Below, in pieces: positions 26,901 through 39,959 of a stretch of 64,000 nucleotides of DNA. The stretch comes from the human T2T-CHM13v2.0 reference genome, Homo sapiens. The first letter of the stretch is position 1; the number at the start of each line of letters is the position of its first letter. The position numbers and the translations under genes were made by a program. Location: NCBI RefSeq assembly GCF_009914755.1, contig NC_060928.1; one strand, written 5' to 3'. A model generated the notes under the pieces. That model saw nothing but the letters and a program-made list of their open reading frames with translations, was not told the DNA's origin and did no database searches.

Positions 26901-29900
26901 GGCTGTAATAATCATGGTTTGCAATACTCTTGAAGATTCAATAAAAGGGATTTATAAAGGACATATACAGACTATCAGGACACTCTTGGCAAAACATAAA
27001 AGTAGGCCAAAAAAATTACTGTAGTCTTTGTTTTTGAATCTCAGAGTAAAGCATAGTAAGCTATCAAACTGACGATAAGTGTGAAATCATGAATTGGAAT
27101 AAATGTGGTGTAAATGAGATATCATTATCTGACGAAGTCCACACCATAGAAATTAATAAACCATCTCCGTGCAAATAATTAATGCTGTTTAACCACCCAA
27201 AGGGTAAATAGAATGTGAATCGAATGTCTCAAGTTGGTTTTATTTATAAGCAGTAAACAAAGTTAAAGAATGTTGCTAAGTATAGGATAGGCAACAATTA
27301 AAAAGCAAGGAAAATGCTTTTCTGAGATCTGCTACACATTTGTAGATCTGAGTTTCTTAAAAAGGATTTTATCGCTTGCCAAACGTTGTAGAAAATTAAT
27401 GAATAAAAACTAAATTTAAAACAACTAAAAAGTATCAGGAGACTGACAGCTGCACCTGCGAGTAATTTAGGCCTGAGTACAAATACACAAAAGTTAGGAA
27501 TTAAATCCAAATGACATTTTGAAATTTACTCTTAAACCAAAACAAACAAACAAAACACATTACCACATTACAGGATACATAGGAGTGATATTTTTGAAGT
27601 TTTTTTAAATACAAAAATGTATTTTCCAATACTTTATATCAACGTATGTGAGGGGAATAAGAGGTACATTGGCAAAGGTAAATTGCACTGTCTCGTAGCC
27701 CTGCACCTTTGTAACATTTCAGGAAAGTCAGTGGGGATACCCAGTAACGATGACTCCTTTTCTGTACAAAGTTGCATCAGGTAGAAGAAGGCAAACCCAG
27801 TTTAAAGAACTGGGTTGCCTGTAAGACCATGTATCTTTACATTTTCACTATTTATCTCAGAGGATGAGCCATTCTCATAAGGTAAATACGGGACTTTTCC
27901 AAACCACTTTTATGAGTGGGTCAAAGGTTAACCACAAAATTTAGGTCAGAGGGGGGCATTATAGTGATGTCTCTGAGAATGGATGATAAATATTGTTTCA
28001 TGGCAACTTCAGATTTATTTACCACAACTCCTCATCATTTCTAGGTGCACAAATAATGCAACAATTCTATGACCCCTGGAGCCTCAAATGTGTTGAATTA
28101 TTTTATATAATAGCTAGGCACTGATAGTATAGTTTTGTAGTTTTAAAGTATTATCTGGAGTTATTTTATTTGGGGTATTATCTTTATAAAATGCAATGTA
28201 TCTTTTCCATTTTCCTTTATCTTCAGTATTATATTTTGCAATTTCATATTGTGACTTCTATATAATAAGGAATAATTAGTGCACATTAGTGAAACTCATC
28301 TTTATTTGTGAGAATTTCCATTTAAGCTTGGATCAAACATGCTGGCACATGACTGCCTTTGATTTTACCTGTAAAACAATAGATTTTTGTAGTCCAGTGA
28401 GCAATAAATGCTTCCTGCCTCTCCTCTATATTTACCAGTAGATAATAATGAAATGTCACAGACTTGAACATTATTAAACTTATATTTGAGATGCCTTTCA
28501 GAATTTTTCACGTTTCCTGCTGCTGTCTGCCTTTTCTCCTCTTTGTTGTGTCTCATAAATTTTTATGACCTCTTTGCGTTGGAAATCTGTAATTTTTCCC
28601 AGAGCTCTGCTAGGTACCTTCTAGCAGTAATAAAACTCTTGTCACTTTCCATTGCAGCTACTTTCAGAGTGAGGCTTACTGGCTTCACTCTGCAGCATAT
28701 TAGATAAAATAATCAATATGCTCAGGTTGAAAAATTAAATGCAGCATTTGTGTATCCATCGAATTACAGTGCTTTGAGCTTGGAACAGATGGCCTTGCGA
28801 GACATTTGCTAGCTTACTTGAGAGTGGCTATTTTTTTTTCTTCTTTTTGTTTGTACTTGATTTTGCATTTACAATAATAATAATAAAAGAATTGCCCAAG
28901 ATGATTGGTATAAAATTCATTTGGCTATTCTTGAAAAACAAAGCATTGTAAGTACCAAAAATAATAGTAGCATTAAAAAAAAAAAACAAAAAACTTTCTG
29001 TTGAATGCAGTTACTTTCTGAGTAAATTTACAGTATTCTCTTCCCTTACATTTGTGAACTTTATGTGTGCTTGTCCCTACTTACCTCACCTCTGTTTCTT
29101 ACCCAATGTGAACTTATGTGTGGATGTAATATTTCTATTATAAAACTATTAAATAATAGGGAATACAAAATTTTTCAATATTGTGGAGTTATGCCTATAT
29201 TTCTTTTTACCCAAAATAAATTAATGTTAAAATTAATCTCCATCTCTTCTCCCATATTTCTCTTTCAATCTAGTCATGATACTGTGTTCTTTACATAGGC
29301 AATTTGGAGAGGATGGTTAGGTGTTTAAGAAAATGACTGACCCATTGTTTCCACATAGATCTCAGGTCACTGATTATTCTGTGAAATTTGGACAACCTCA
29401 AAGACTACAGAGCATTGAATTAACTTACTTGTTCAACACTATTTGTTAAGTATCTATTATGAGTCAGGTAGACATTTGTTGGAGGGTCCTAGATATAAAG
29501 CAGTTTATAAGACTTGTGATCTTAAGAGTGTGGCTATAATTTAAATATGATATAAGTCACATTTATGTTTTCTTGTATCCTTGTTCCCAGGATTGTTTCA
29601 GTAAAGATCTTTAAATTATAAACATTACTGAATAGAACTGATTTGTTTTTCCAGTCAGCATATCATTTCAGGGGCCAGTAGAAGCAAACCCCTGTTCTGT
29701 TCCTCATCTTTTATCCAGTGTCTGAGGATACAATGAGATTGTCTTTGAAGGTTGCAGGTGTTTGAAGATATGTCCTTTGCAGTTTGAAGGACATGGAAAC
29801 CAATCCAGAATTGCATTTAAATAAGGAAATTAGAATAGATGCAGAAATGGAGGAAGGAAAAAAGCAAACTGAAACATAGCAATGAGGCCCAAAAGATGTA

Positions 29901-30019
29901 GGGCTACATAAATAGATTTAAAACCTTATATTCCAATTTGTTTGTTTTATAAACTCAGTGATCTTAATATTAGACAACAAATCCTTAGAATCATGTAACA
30001 TGTTTCGCACTTTAAGTTA

Positions 30020-30355
<336 letters not shown>

Positions 30356-30546
30356 TGATGTTCAACACATGCAACATATAGAACTGGGACCCCAAATTGA
30401 TCAATAACTCAAGTTGATGAAAGGCCATGTTTTAAAGGCAAACACCACACAGTCTTTCACATTGGTGCCAACGAAGGCATTTTGGTATATTCCCTGGATG
30501 CAACCAAATCCTGTGGTGAGAACCTGGTGAATGAGAACCTATGCTA

Positions 30547-30719
30547 CAGTGTATGTTGGAGCCAGCTCACACAGGCATATTTCCCAACTCTGTTTGGTGA
30601 CTTCACATCGATAGCCAGCCACAGTGGGAGTATTTACACTACAGAAATCAATAAATTCTGCAAACATGTATTTTTTTTTTCTAAGAAAGCTGGTTGTTAA
30701 ACAGCCAACACACAACTGT
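30547..30719. mobile_element. MER63 (hAT-Blackjack MITE)
   Basis: cagtgtatgttggagccagctc...gtgggagtatttacactacagaaatc...caacacacaactg with CAGT/ACTG TIR ends. Confidence 0.82.
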
Positions 30720-31690
30720 CCTTGGAGGAATAAAAGGTTTGCCTTTGCCTTTCTCACAAGTTCTATTTCAGAATTGCAGCCAAAGCATATCATCTCAGCC
30801 CTTAGCTCTAGAGACCTCCCTCCTCTAGTGGGCAGAGACATTTCTTCCTTCTCAGTGTATACAAATTTTATGCTTATCAGTAGAGGTGAGATTATTGGCT
30901 CACTTTTCCTCACAAGTGGATACATCTCTCTTCTTTATTCTCTCTCTCCCTCCTCTAATTCTCTCCTTTCATATGTGTCATTAAAAATGTGTTTGTGCAT
31001 TTGAGTGGCATTGTGGGAAGATGGAGTGAGGAGGGAGAAAACTCAAATTATATTGCACATTGGCCACTGGCACACACTGTGTTAGATGCTTTATATATTC
31101 TCTTTTTAATTATTTTTACTATTTGAAACCCAAAAGGATCATACCATTGTGAGAAGAGCTAGTTTTCTAGAAAAAGAGATATGGAATTTTAATATATCTT
31201 GAAAAGCTAAAGAGGTGATTTTAACTGAAGTGAAGTAATAAGGTAGGGCCTTGTATAAGTAAGAGTTTCACAATACCAAAATTTATATTGTAATAATAAC
31301 ATTGTAATAGTAAAAATGTAATAGTATTAATGTATTCAGTTTTTTATTCTCTGAACTATATATGGCATTACTTTGATATCATTTCATGTCATCTGGAAAT
31401 GACTACTATTGCTACAGTATGCCAAAATATCTGGGCACAATAAACAATTATAGCATTTTCTCTATCTTTTAGACTTCTCAGATAATGCTACAATATGTTA
31501 AAGTATCTGGGCTTGATTAAAAATGCAAGCATTTCTCCTATCTTTTTGATTTCTTGGTTTTGGAAGACTTGATATTCTACTGATCATTGCTATTCCATAC
31601 TGTAATGACACCTGTCATGATTTTAAACAGTTTTTTTTTTTCTATTCTAAACATGGTAACATAGAGTTATGTCATTAAAACATTAATCTT

Positions 31691-32007
31691 GGCCAGGCAC
31701 AGTGGCTCATGCCTGTAATCCCAGCACTTTGGGAGGCTGAAGTGGGTGGATCACCTGAGGTCAGGAGTTTGAAATCAGCCTGGCCAATGTGGTGAAACCC
31801 TGTCTCTACTAGAAATACAAAAATTAGCCAGGCATGGTAGCAGGAGCCTATAATCCCAGCAACTTGGGAGGCTGAGGCAGGGGAATGGCTTGAACCTGGG
31901 AAGCAGAGGTTGCAGTGAGCCAAGATTATGCCACTGCACTACAGCCTCGTTGACAGAACAAGACTCTCTCTCTTTCTAAAAAAAAAAATAAAAAAAATAA
32001 AAAATAA
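31691..32007 (+). mobile_element. AluSx/Sz
   Basis: ggatcacctgaggtcaggagttt; TSD-like aaaacattaatctt / aaaataataatctt. Confidence 0.92.
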
Positions 32008-32974
32008 TAATCTTATTTCGATGTTTGCTACTAAAAGGTTTTTAATTATTTATTTTTATCATATCATATTATACATATGTTTGCCCAAGCACTCACGTGT
32101 GTGTATATGCATGTATGTTTCTTTAACTCATGGCTGAAACAGTAACACAGAAGACATAAACCTCAAATCTGTGTCTGGGTCTGTAACATGGGGAAACAGG
32201 TCAACCTTAACACTACAGTGTACATTTGCATTGCATTGTACATTACTGATGTCTTCAGGAGATTGATGTGCTGAAAATCCTCATTCTACATGTTGGAGAT
32301 GGGGAATGAGAAGTCAGGAGCCGGAAAATTCTAAACTCTTTTAGATCACTCAGATTCCATCTAGTAAATTACCTTTCTCTGAGATATTTTCAAGGTCTGA
32401 AATGATAGTGTACTTACAAGAGGTCATTATGACTTCTGGCACCCGTTGGAGCAGGCCTAATGTCTTGTAGCAAATATAAGAGTCTAAATGCATTGCTATA
32501 AGTGTCAGGCTGGCAGCAAATGCATTATGCTTCTCCAGTTGACCCTTTCTGCTCCTGTCTCTCACACTCTTACCAGATAGACAGTTAGCAAGCAGCCTGT
32601 CCTATCCAGAGGATTATCTCATAACAAATATGGCTATTTAAAAGTGAACCATGTTGCTAAAACTCTGAAAGCCTTGAAAGAGGTTTATCCATCATACGTT
32701 AGGTACCAACTGCTGTCTTGATGATTATCAAAAAGCATCATCATGTTTGACATCTTATATCTTTAAAATAATATTTCTATATTCACTTCAGGTGTTTTGC
32801 CTATTAATAATTGAGATGTAGTAGGTGATACAGTAGGAGTTATGTGGCAACATTTAGGCTTAACACTACCACAATAAAATCATTATGTGTCAAGGCTGTG
32901 AAAGAGCTAGTGTGTTAGGAAGCATTATCCTTGAGTGAAAGGAGTTCATGTCTACTCATAATGTGTGAGCTGAA

Positions 32975-33600
32975 AGTTTGATATAGTCAGAAGAGTAAGA
33001 TACAGGAACCCAAGGAACCTGAGCTCTGATCCTAAGACTCTCTCTAAGTCTGTGTAACCCTATGTGATAAAATAACTTGGAGTGGGAGAGGGTTCCTCAT
33101 AAGATCAGAGACCCTAGTGCAGCAGTCCTTGGAGATATAAATTATTAACTCATGAAAAGCAAGGAGACACACATTATTTTGTTTTGATAGTGTTAGAAAG
33201 AAACAGTTTCTTGGAAGAAATTGTTATAGCACATCCTTAACCTCAGGTAGCTGAGGGAAGTTGAAGAGGATATGGATTGTGTCTCTGCTGACTGAAATGA
33301 AGGCAGTGGTCTGGCCTCACAGCAGTGAAGGCCTAATGGTTTTAGGAAACACTGAGAAAATAATTTTATCGCTCTGATTCTCAGTTTCTTCTTTTATAAA
33401 ATAATGGTTTTCAAGTAATCCTATAGGCTTCAGAGTTTGAAGTCCTGCATTGAAATTTTAGCTTTGTCACTTACTAGTTGTGTGATACCAGCACAGCAGT
33501 TAAGACCCTTCATGTTGAAAAATATCAGAAAATCTAACTCTTAGTGGCTCATGGAAAAAATTAAAAGAACAGCAAAACATAATGAAATGTATTTATTACT
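32975..33600 (+). mobile_element. Cluster of MIR fragments (~32975-33100, ~33370-33600)
   Basis: gaacctgagctctgatcc, ctcagtttcttcttttataaaat, gtcacttactagttgtgtga. Confidence 0.45.
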
Positions 33601-34289
33601 CACATATCGTGAATTCCAGGAAAATTTGTCAAATCACATATCAGACATATCTTATGGAGTCCTTCTTGGTGGCTCCTAAAAGCTATGGCTTTATTTTCCC
33701 TTAAGTTCAAATACTTTGGAATAATTAGACTAACTTGATTCATATACTCCCCTGAACCAATCCTATGGTTATGTAGACATTTGGGTTGACAGTTCATACT
33801 CTACTCTAAAAACTCCAGAACTTGCTCCCTTGAAATTAATGAAACTAGGCAAACATTGAAATCATTTCTTAATTTCTCATAATCAATTATTTGGAATATA
33901 CATTACATTGAAATCATTTCATTATTAAAATAACTATCTTTCCTTGGTTACCTTTTATTGGCTTACAGTATTATTTATTTATGTATTTTGAACTATTTTC
34001 ACTGATCTTAATCAAAGAAAATTATATTCTCTACATCATAATGAAATAGAAGTTCTGAACATGTTCTTTCTGTGTTTTCCTGGATTTTCAAATTAAAGTA
34101 TGAGTTGCTTCGAAATTTAATTGAGGCTATTGGGACTACAGAGTTCTTGCCTTTAAGAAAGTTAAGTTTCCAAATGTGTGTGGTTTCAGTTAATTGCAGT
34201 GTAGTACCACATGCATGAGATTTTATATTCAGAAGGGAGGAAATTGATTTTCTTTGGCATGTTTATAGCAAATATATTCAGTATTATTG

Positions 34290-34415
34290 TTCAAACAAGC
34301 TGAAATTATTTACAGAATGTTATATGTGTATGTGTTTTCTGGGAAGAGGGTCCATAGCTCTTGTCAGATTTTTTTTTTTCAAGAGGGTCCATGACTATAG
34401 AATCATTAAGAATTA
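34290..34415. mobile_element. MER103C (hAT-Charlie) fragment
   Basis: tttctgggaagagggtccatagctcttgtcagatt...gggtccatgac...ttaagaa. Confidence 0.7.
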
Positions 34416-35008
34416 ATGTATGGGATAATTTCTTTTTCTTCTAAAACCCAATAAGCTCACTTTTTAAAAATTTGATGGCGTTTTATTTATGTTAAAGAGG
34501 ATCATTTAAAAAAATATTATTTAACTAATATTCACATTAATTGCAATCATTTCATGGTAAAGCTATGCTTAGATTTAAAATTTCCCTTCTAGAATTTATT
34601 TTTTTGGACTCAGAGACTGCTATGGTGATCAATAATGATTTGTAGAAAATTATGATATAGCTTGAGGTCTTTTATTTTAAAATGTTCTTTGTGACAATAT
34701 TCTTGGCTGGTCCTTATTGTATTGGTGTCTCAAACTGTTGCTCAAAATTTAAGTGTGTTTTTAATGTACTATTTTTTTCCATAGGAAATGAAAGCTCATT
34801 GTATAAAACTTTTAATACATAGAAAGGTAGGAAAATAGAAAATCATCCTTAATTCTTAGCCTAGCCACTGTCAAAATTTGCATGCGTTATTCTTGTGTAC
34901 TTTTCTATGCAGTGCAAACATGTATGACATTTGTAATTGCACCATGTATAGAACTTTGTCTTCATTTATTAATTAATTTATCAAACATTTGTCAGAGGCT
35001 TACAAAGT

Positions 35009-35127
35009 AAAGTAACCAATTTTCCCAGTTTGCCTGGAACTTTCCTGCTTTTAACAGATTTTTAACAGGATACTCACCTTCTGGGAAACCTGTTAGTCCT
35101 TGGCAAACTGGGATAGTTGGTCACCCT
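35009..35127. mobile_element. MER94 (hAT-Blackjack MITE) among old L1ME/L2 fragments
   Basis: Imperfect TIRs gtaaccaattttcccagtttgcc ... ggcaaactgggatagttggtcaccct. Confidence 0.8.
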
Positions 35128-36438
35128 CTGATAAAGATAAAGATGAATAAAAACAGACTATAGACTATCAAGGTTAGTGTGGGAGTAATATATATTCTAA
35201 AGTTGCTATATCTTATATTTTTTACTTATTAGTATTTTTCAGGTTACTGCATAATTTTATTAGTCCTTTTATAAAAGTAAACTTCAACAGGTTGAATGCA
35301 AAATGAGTTATAAATCTATTCCTTTAGCATAGATTTTTTGAATCATTTCCTAGTTTTGCTATCATAAACAACAAAGAAATAAAATCTCTGATCACAGCTT
35401 CTTTTGACCGTTATATATTTTTTTCAAGACAGCCATAAGATATATAATTGCTGGGATTAAGAGCATAAATTTGTTAGATTGCTGATACATGCTGTCGAAT
35501 TGCTCTCCAAAAAGATTTTACTAGTTTATATTTTCATTAGAGATATATTTAAAATATGACAGGATTTTATTATTCTCAGCTAGATACGAACTTTATTCAT
35601 CAGGAACAGTTTGTCCTATATTGGTCAAATAATATTCTCCCAGGTATTCTGAAAGAGAATTCTAAAGAATAATAAAAAGGAAACTTGTTTGCATTTTTAT
35701 ATGAGAATTTCAGTTAAATGTAACAATCTCATTGGAGAAAAATAAAAATATTTTGTATCCTCAGGGCTTTAAGAAAGGTGCTTCCATTGGCCGAGATGCT
35801 TAATGTATAGTCTTTTGTGAAAAATTCTCGTACTTAGAAGAGTTAATAACTCAGTAACTATTTAATTTACTAACTTGGGAAATAATATATGTATTAGTGA
35901 GAATAGTAACAGTGTTTTGTTTGTTTGTTTGTTTTGTCATCAAAGACACTATTAGCCAGGGTCTTTACATAATTCTTAACATAATAATTATATTTAAAAT
36001 AATCTGACATCAGATTTTCAAAATAAATTTAAGACATGCTGAGAATTATTGAATACCATGATTGGAGCTATTAGATGAAGTTTCTGATATACCTTTTTTG
36101 TTGTTGCTGCCCTCTTGCCCTTTCTGGCAGAACTTTTATTTTACTAGAAGAAAAATCTATAGCTTATTAAAAATAATCTAACCCCAATATGATCAAATAA
36201 AGGTATCATCCTTTGATTCAAAGAAGCATAGTAACTTATAAAAAATTAAAATGTTATTTTGTTAATAGTGCTCTAGCACAGCAGAATAACCTTGTAACTA
36301 TTTTATATATTAAAAACTAATAATTTGATTTAATAGCAATTTACCTATAATATTTTTCTATATATGTTTCATACTTTGTTAAACCATAATAAGTATGTCA
36401 AGTAGTTTTTATTTTTTATCAATTAAATATTCCATTAA

Positions 36439-36650
36439 GGGTACACATGGACATAAAGATGGAAATAATAGACACTGGGGACTCTAAAATTGGGGAGGGT
36501 GGGTGGGAGAAGGGGGTTGAAAAACTATCTATTGGATGCTAAGTTCACTATTTGGGTGAAGTCCAAACCTCAGTAATACACAATACACCCATGTAACAAA
36601 CCATGTAACTAAATATACCCTGTGAATCTAAAATAAAATAAAATAATTTT
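36439..36650 (+). mobile_element. L1PB-type 3' end
   Basis: gggtacacatggacataaagatggaaataatagacactgggg...gaatctaaaataaaa. Confidence 0.85.
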
Positions 36651-38404
36651 GAGAGAAGCAAAAAAGTAATAAGTAGATAAATAAAATAAATAGCAGTATT
36701 TCATTAAATTAGAAAATACAAGAGTAAAATGATTTTGCTAGTAATTAAACATCTAGCTCCTGATGAAAACATATTTATTTGGCTTAATAATGTTATGTCA
36801 GCAAATACATGTTTAATATTACACAATGATTACAATTTTTCCTCCCTATATTCAGCATACACTTTAATTTCAAATTAATATTTACATATCATGAAACTAT
36901 AATTTATTTAAAAAATAAAAATGTTATGTGTAAACACACAAGTATATAAGCTGTCTTTTTTGTTTTATGAAATACAATCACAGTAAACTTCATTTCAACA
37001 CACGCCCTCCAATTTCATTAGTGATGATTATATAAGCTTATGATAGAACAAGGAGAGAGGAACCAAGTGTCACAGTTAGGCTACGGAATTTTGGTTGGAT
37101 TAATATGTAAATGAATAATATGAATTATTATAGGAGTCAAAGCTATTGTACTATCTGCTAGAACTTGCTACTTATAGGAATAAATAAGATATCAAATACT
37201 TTGCATAATAGTGAGTGTTTTACTTGTTAAATCTGCATAAAAGCAAAATTAAAATTTTCCTGTATTTAGCTGGTACTGTGAAAACTATACAAAGTATTTA
37301 GAGATATTTATAGTATTTGTATTGAAACATTTAATATCCAAATGAATGATGGTCATGGGTTAAAGGAAAGAGAGGGAAGCAAATGTTTACAGAGAATCTG
37401 CCTTTATCAGCTGTGTGCTGGGTCAGTAAATTCATTCAACATTTCAATGAACTATTACTAGTCTCAATGCATTAACAAGAAAACTAAAATTCACAGGAGC
37501 TAAGCAAAATTTTCAATTTTCCATGCTAGTGAATGGCATGTCTGTCTCATGAGTTCATATTTTATTTTGTATATCACAAAATTATAAAGGATAGACACCA
37601 GGGTAATTATTTTAGGCCAATTCTACATTTTTCAATTTTTTTTCAAGCAGTGATCAAACAAAAAATTTTACACACTTTTTTGTGCAGGTATCTAAGTAAT
37701 TCTGTAAGCTAGTTTCTAAGAAATAAAATTTTTAGAACAAGGTGAATGTTTTAACTTTTCATATACGTGGTACAGCTACATTGTTTTTCCCATGGTCTTA
37801 CCAATGTACATTCACATAGTATGGAAGAGTGACTATTTTCCTCAATCTTACAAATAATAAATAAAAATTATGATAATTTTATCCTTTTTTTCTGCTATAT
37901 GTGAAAAATGACACCTCATAATTTAACATTTTATGGAAAAAATTAATTTTAGTATACAAAACAAATCCAATATTCGATTTTTATTATAGCTGGCCAAATT
38001 AAAATTAACCATGATGTTCTACTGTAATACAAAATATACTTGCTAGGCCAAATTAATAATGTAGAGACAAAGACCTTGTTTACCGTAGCCAAAAAAAACA
38101 TAGTTGATGGGCCGATGACTTCATTCTGGTCATGTTTTCCATCTTTGTTTTAAGTATTGTTGACACTAAATATTTACAGGTCTAAACCTTCTCGGTGTCA
38201 TACATTCCTGGAAATTAGAAAATAATTTATCCCATCTGCAAAGAGTAAATTTGGTCAAAAGAGAAAATATCAAATTAAGTAGATGAAAAATGATTTTCTG
38301 CTTTGTTTTCTATTTTTCCCCCCGGTACTTGAAAGTAGTCAAATAAAAAATAGATTCAGAGTTGATTTGTTCATATAAACAGAGCCAATATAAAATTATG
38401 ATGA

Positions 38405-38860
38405 TTAGACTATTTCCTATGATGGCTGTAACAAATTACCACAGGCTCTGTGGCATAAAACAGTGCTTTATTTTCTTACATTTCTGGAGATCAGAATTCC
38501 AACATTTATGTCAACAGGGCTGGCTTCTTTTGGAGGCTGTAGGGGAGAATCCATTTCTTCATCTTTTCTAACTTCTAGAGGTCACCTGCCTTCCTTGTTT
38601 GCTGACACCTTTCACACACGACTACATCCTTTTCCTTCCATCTTCACGTCTCCTAATTGTTTTTATGTTGTCAGATCTCTCTCTGCCTCTCTCTTATTAG
38701 AACACTTGTGATTACATTTTGGATCCACCTGGATAATCAAAGACAATCTCCACATCCCAAGAATCTTAATCACATTGGCAGTGTCTTTTGCTATATAAAA
38801 TAACATCCATAGGTCCAAGATGTTAGCATTTAAATATCTTTGTGGTTATTCAGCCTACCA
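38405..38860 (-). mobile_element. MLT1C/D MaLR LTR
   Basis: ggctgtaacaaattaccac...ggaggctgtaggggagaatcc...ttcagcctacca. Confidence 0.8.
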
Positions 38861-39959
38861 AAATGATACAAACTGCCAGTCTATAGAATTATTTATTTAA
38901 TCTTTTTATTCAGTAAAGTTATTCTCAAAGGGCAGATTTTACAGGGCAATTTTTTGAAAAATAAAACTTGTAAAAGGTTTAATTGATTAATTACTGTTTA
39001 CAGCCATGAATTCAGACATGCATAGTCATTTAAACATTTTGATTTCTTTAACATATTTTACAACTGGAAACCTGTCTAACACAAATGGTCCTACTGCTTT
39101 ATATCTTTTTCTGCCTACATCTATCTAAATTGAGAAATATATGGCATGAATAAGTATATTCAGTTTCCATGGCTATGGCTAAACAATTACTGGAAGCATT
39201 TTATATGGGAATAATTTACATACATTTGTGATATTACTTTTCTTATCTCTCCTCACTATTTTGAGCAATCTTTGACTTGCTCTTCAATCCTAGTTTATGG
39301 AAAAATTAGTCTGGCCATGTTAATAGCGGTGCTGGTGTCAGGGTACCTTGAAGAAATGTTTGTTTAGGAGTTAGAGATAAACAGCTGTGTCTTTATAGAA
39401 TGCTTATGCTAATGTGCATCAGAAATCTCCAGGAATATGACTTAGTATGTGGTGTTTCTAAAACTCTATTTAATCAGAGACACTTTTGTACTTGGAGTTT
39501 CAACATCTTCAGCAACTAGTGGGCCAAGGAAATACTGAACATTAAACATCCACAGGACTTTACAATTGTGAAATTTGAAAGTTTCTGAAAACTAAAAGTG
39601 TGTTGACTTTTTAAAAATAAAAGCCAAACCAAAATGTAAGGCTTGTGTGTGGGTGGATTTGTGTGTATTTACAATACTTAGTGTGACTATTGATATCTTT
39701 GCTAAGGAAACATAAGAAAATATGCTTGATTATGGGATGCTGCCCCAAGACTTTCCTGGTAGTGTTATATAAAATGTGGTATATGCAAAATATTGCCAGG
39801 ATTTCAAATATTAGACATATCACATTTTAGGAGAGGCTGATAAAAGATTATGAACCTGTATTACAAGAAGCACCTGTATTCTTTCCACAGTGACCAAAAA
39901 AAGTCTTTTTTTTTTCACCTTTAGATTTGATCATGGTCTAATGACCATTATCTCAAGTG

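Noticed and set aside
30539-31004. Overlapping 126-128 aa ORFs on opposite strands
   Set aside because: They overlap a MER63 MITE, show no domain similarity or splice context, and are consistent with chance
36650-36710. Possible short 3' transduction after the L1PB (TSD-like tattccattaa / tatttcattaa)
   Set aside because: The segment is short and A-rich and cannot be distinguished from a decayed poly-A tail
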